This document shows positions 17,701 to 20,182 of a DNA stretch of 20,182 nt, piece after piece. Below the pieces are notes generated by a model. It saw only the letters and a list, made by a program, of their open reading frames with translations. It was not told where the DNA came from and ran no database searches. Made by a program: the position numbers and the translations under genes. The DNA comes from Archangium sp. (GTDB taxonomy: Bacteria; Myxococcota; Myxococcia; Myxococcales; Myxococcaceae), in contig JANLPS010000365.1 of assembly GCA_031367385.1 (NCBI GenBank), positions 1-20,182 on the forward strand, given 5' to 3'. The number at the start of each line of letters is the position of its first letter. Position 1 is the stretch's first letter.

Positions 17701-17957
17701 TCTTTGTTCCACACCGCGCAGTTGCAGCTCGACTCGATCTTGCCGTTCTCGGCCGGCGCCAACTGCACGTCGTACTTCTCGCCCTCAGAGCCCGAGACCT
17801 TCGCGGCGATGCCGGTTTCAGTGCGAGTCAGGCCAGAGACCCGGCGCGCTTCGGCGTACTGACGACCTTTTTTGAAGGTCATGGGGTGAACGTCGGCTCT
17901 AAGGCTTTTCAGCCACATGCCGTCATCGGGAGCGAGCTGTTTTGCAGGTGCGTTCAT
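14712..17957 (-). CDS. SNF2/SWI2-family helicase-like ATPase with N-terminal SWIM zinc finger
   Basis: SWIM [89 protein letters not shown]. Start ATG 17957 (alternative GTG 18005). Confidence 0.96.
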   Translation of the reverse strand: [1081 protein letters not shown]

Positions 17958-18033
17958 TCGGGGGACCGAACGGCTCTGGTAACATTGAAAGGCCTCGCGT
18001 GCCACAGCACACTTGCTCGGGTAGACGGGAGCA

Positions 18034-18237
18034 ATGACTGTTGATGAGCGGTTGATCGAAGTCGAAATTCGTGCGGCCCACCTCGAGAAATTGGTCGGCG
18101 ACCTCTCAGATGTCGTCTACCAACAACAAAAAGATATGGACCAGATGCGCCTGATCATGACGCAGCTGCGAGAGAAGCTGCGGGCCGACCCGGGCCTGGT
18201 CGACGCCGGCCGCGATGACAAGCCGCCCCACTACTAA
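18034..18237 (+). CDS. slyX: SlyX family protein
   Basis: 67 aa; ERLIEVEIRAAHLEKLVGDLSDVVYQQQK coiled coil and the diagnostic C-terminal PPHY. Confidence 0.92.
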   Translation: MTVDERLIEVEIRAAHLEKLVGDLSDVVYQQQKDMDQMRLIMTQLREKLRADPGLVDAGRDDKPPHY

Positions 18238-18238
18238 A

Positions 18239-18271
18239 GCGCCGAACAGTCAGGCTGAAACCGTTCGGCGC
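18239..18271. terminator. Hairpin between convergent genes, possible bidirectional terminator
   Basis: GCGCCGAAC (18239-18247) pairs with GTTCGGCGC (18263-18271) immediately after the slyX stop; no clear U-tract. Confidence 0.45.
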
Positions 18272-18282
18272 CCAAGAACCGC

Positions 18283-18954
18283 TCAGATGACTGGGTCGTC
18301 AACGACGGGCGCTGACGCGTCTTTCTTTCGCGCGAGGCGCTTGTTCGCGAGCGCGAACACCATGTCGTAGTGCGAGGTGCCTTCGGTGATGTCGGCGTAG
18401 CGAACCGCGGCCTTGAGGTTGGTGAAGGCCACTTTCCACTCCATGGGCAGCGTTTGGTCGCGCCGGGTGATGGCCTTCGATCGCGCCTCGAGGTTCTTCT
18501 GATGCCGCTGCACCGCGGTCTTGGCGGCTTGCGCGGCCCGATTGGCCTCAATCGCGGCCCGTCGTGAGTCGGCCCGCGCCTCGGGGTGCGCCGCGACGGC
18601 CTGTGCCAGCGCCATCAGCGTGTTGGCCTCGTCGAGCGTGCCCATCGCGCACAGCCGCGACGGAGCGATCACGCCAAACACCTTGAACGGGTTCAATCGG
18701 CCAAAGCCATCACCAGAGAGGGCCGTGGCGAGCGCTCCGACCGCGGCATCTTGGGCAGCGTCAGCCGCGGCGACTGCGAGCCCGCTGGCATGCGCCGCTG
18801 ACTCGGCCTCATCGACCACGGTCTCAGCCACCTCGAGCGCCTGATGCACTCTCAGAAAGCCAGCTCGCGCTTTCTTGACGAGCTTCGAGGTCAGCCCCTG
18901 CAACGGTCCGAGAATCATTCGCCCCACCAGCAACAACACGCCCACGGTCATCAT
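18283..18954 (-). CDS. Hypothetical alpha-helical protein (223 aa)
   Basis: Strong RBS AGGGAGG before ATG 18954; Ala-rich amphipathic helices around a central GFGRLNPFKVFGVIAPSRL segment; basic then acidic C-terminal tail. Confidence 0.75.
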   Translation of the reverse strand: MMTVGVLLLVGRMILGPLQGLTSKLVKKARAGFLRVHQALEVAETVVDEAESAAHASGLAVAAADAAQDAAVGALATALSGDGFGRLNPFKVFGVIAPSRLCAMGTLDEANTLMALAQAVAAHPEARADSRRAAIEANRAAQAAKTAVQRHQKNLEARSKAITRRDQTLPMEWKVAFTNLKAAVRYADITEGTSHYDMVFALANKRLARKKDASAPVVDDPVI

Positions 18955-19038
18955 GTGTGATTCCTCCCTGCGAGTGAGCCCGTTCGACGAGAGGTCGCCA
19001 AAGGTATTCACGGCCAATTGAAGGCCAGCGGAATCAAG

Positions 19039-19206
19039 GGGTTCGAGTCTCCGAATGGGCAAACCGACAGGGGAAAAGCCCAACTCGAGGTTCACTGGGG
19101 GCAAGGCGACGAGCGGCGGCCGCAACTCGAGGTTCACGGTGGGCCCGGCGACGAGCGCGCACCGCAGTCAGAGGTTCGAGTGGCACCCGCCGACGCGCGG
19201 GGAGCC
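19039..19206. repeat. Degenerate tandem array of eight 21-bp units (four 42-bp dimers)
   Basis: Units starting 19081, 19123, 19165: CAACTCGAGGTTCAC-TGGGGGCAA-GGCGACGAGCG-GCGG-CCG / CAACTCGAGGTTCAC-GGTGGGCCC-GGCGACGAGCG-CGCA-CCG / CAGTCAGAGGTTCGA-GTGGCACCC-GCCGACGCGCG-GGGA-GCC. GA sits at the same register in all eight 21-mers from 19039. Confidence 0.8.
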
Positions 19207-19226
19207 CGATTGCAACGTGAAGGGGG

Positions 19227-19979
19227 CTACGGAGCGGGCTGATACTCGAGAATGTACGAGCAGTTCACGCCATCGCCGCACGTGGCGCGGCCATCTGACA
19301 AGCGTTGCCGAACGTTGAAGAAGTAGAGCTTGCCCGGCTCGAGCTTGAGAAAGCGGTAGCCAAAGGGGCTCGGCGGGTCCACCCCCACGGTGAAGTTGTA
19401 AGTCGCCGTATTGCCAAAGGTCGAGTTGCTGAAGTCGCAGGGTTGGCTCGAGATCGTGACCTCATGCGTGGTCGGGGGGCCGCTGAACTCCGCGACTGAG
19501 ATGCGGCTGAACGTGGCGTTCGGCGTGGTCGGAGCGACGAACGCCAGGCTCGACTCGGTGTTCGAATACGACGGCAGGTAGCGAAAGCTGTACGACTGAG
19601 TGCCGTCGGGGGCGTGGTAGTAATAGGTCGTCGCGTCACCAGGGCAAGTCACGTAGCTCGCGGCTTGCGGGCTGTTGATGATGTGGCTCGAATCGTAGCT
19701 GTAGCTCACGTCGAAGATGCTGGCGGGCGGGTCGATGAAGCCGCCGGCGTCGGTGCTGCCCGCGGGGGGGCCTGCATCGAAGGGGCTCCCGGCGTCTTGC
19801 GGCATTGGAGGCTTGCCTGCATCGAACGCCGGCGGTTTCACGGTACCTGCGTCGGCCACCCCTGCGTCGCTGCCAACGGCTCCACCATCATGGGAGGGAG
19901 CCGTGAGGACGACGTCTTGGGGCCCACAGCCTGTGAGCGCAACGCACGCAATGAAGCAAGCGATGAACCGAGACTTCAT
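19227..19979 (-). CDS. Lipoprotein with DAG/Pro low-complexity linker and a Cys-containing beta-rich domain
   Basis: MKSRFIACFIACVALTGC lipobox; six DAG motifs; Tyr/Ser/Thr-rich C-terminal domain with four Cys; AGGTGG RBS-like sequence before ATG 19979. Confidence 0.85.
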   Translation of the reverse strand: MKSRFIACFIACVALTGCGPQDVVLTAPSHDGGAVGSDAGVADAGTVKPPAFDAGKPPMPQDAGSPFDAGPPAGSTDAGGFIDPPASIFDVSYSYDSSHIINSPQAASYVTCPGDATTYYYHAPDGTQSYSFRYLPSYSNTESSLAFVAPTTPNATFSRISVAEFSGPPTTHEVTISSQPCDFSNSTFGNTATYNFTVGVDPPSPFGYRFLKLEPGKLYFFNVRQRLSDGRATCGDGVNCSYILEYQPAP

Positions 19980-20182
19980 GGAGCACCACCTGAGGGGGGC
20001 ATCGTCGCTGGCATGAACAAAGTTGCCGTTCAGCTCCCTGGCGGGTGCACGTTCGATTTCAGCAACGCCTGGCGGCCGAGAAAAATGAAGCAATGAGATC
20101 AACTCTTTGCGAAATGTGACGATCACCCCTGCATGACTGAAGAAGAACGAGAAAACGTCTTAGCCGTTGAGAAACTTCGCGC

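Noticed and set aside
17985..18005. TGGCACG upstream of SNF2 as a sigma-54 -24 box
   Set aside because: No TTGC at the required -12 spacing.
12278..18044. Long + strand ORFs 12278-13267, 15171-16379 and 16734-18044, and - strand ORF 13281-13742
   Set aside because: Antisense shadows of recN, SNF2 and the TA pair.
19039..19206. The array as a CRISPR or a true TIGR array
   Set aside because: Variable segments are only 4-9 nt, there are no cas genes, the unit is 42 rather than 36 nt, and no Nop domain is recognisable. Kept only as an unexplained array.
19980..20182. 49-codon N-terminal extension of the lipoprotein ORF, and a possible upstream gene end (...AKFLNG*, stop 20160-20162, - strand)
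   Set aside because: The signal peptide begins at ATG 19979, so the AT-richer stretch is likely promoter DNA. The upstream fragment is too short to call.

Overview
GC-rich bacterial DNA, very probably from a myxobacterium (Myxococcota). The evidence for this is the Hanks-type kinase/PEGA and TPR genes, the DUF1552/DUF1592 pair, a DAG-linker lipoprotein and Myxococcus-type LexA boxes. About 20 CDSs in order: partial Tat-exported DUF1552 protein (missing from the ORF track), DUF1592/DUF1588-type CxxCH lipoprotein, Ser/Thr kinase, divergent TPR membrane protein, SRPBCC protein, lipase-like lipoprotein, trypsin-like protease, NUDIX hydrolase, moaC, secreted WD40 protein, M23 peptidase, PP2C phosphatase, recN, a divergent Phd-VapC toxin-antitoxin pair, a membrane protein coupled to a SWIM-SNF2 helicase, slyX, an unknown helical protein and a DAG-repeat lipoprotein. 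Four non-coding signals stand out: (i) a 21/42-bp periodic array with constant and variable blocks directly 5' of the unknown helical gene; (ii) two LexA-like boxes shared by recN and the divergent TA operon; (iii) a nested double hairpin in the M23 leader; (iv) a palindromic -10 element between back-to-back kinase and TPR genes. No rRNA, tRNA, CRISPR or transposase was recognised. All family calls are from motif recognition, not database searches.
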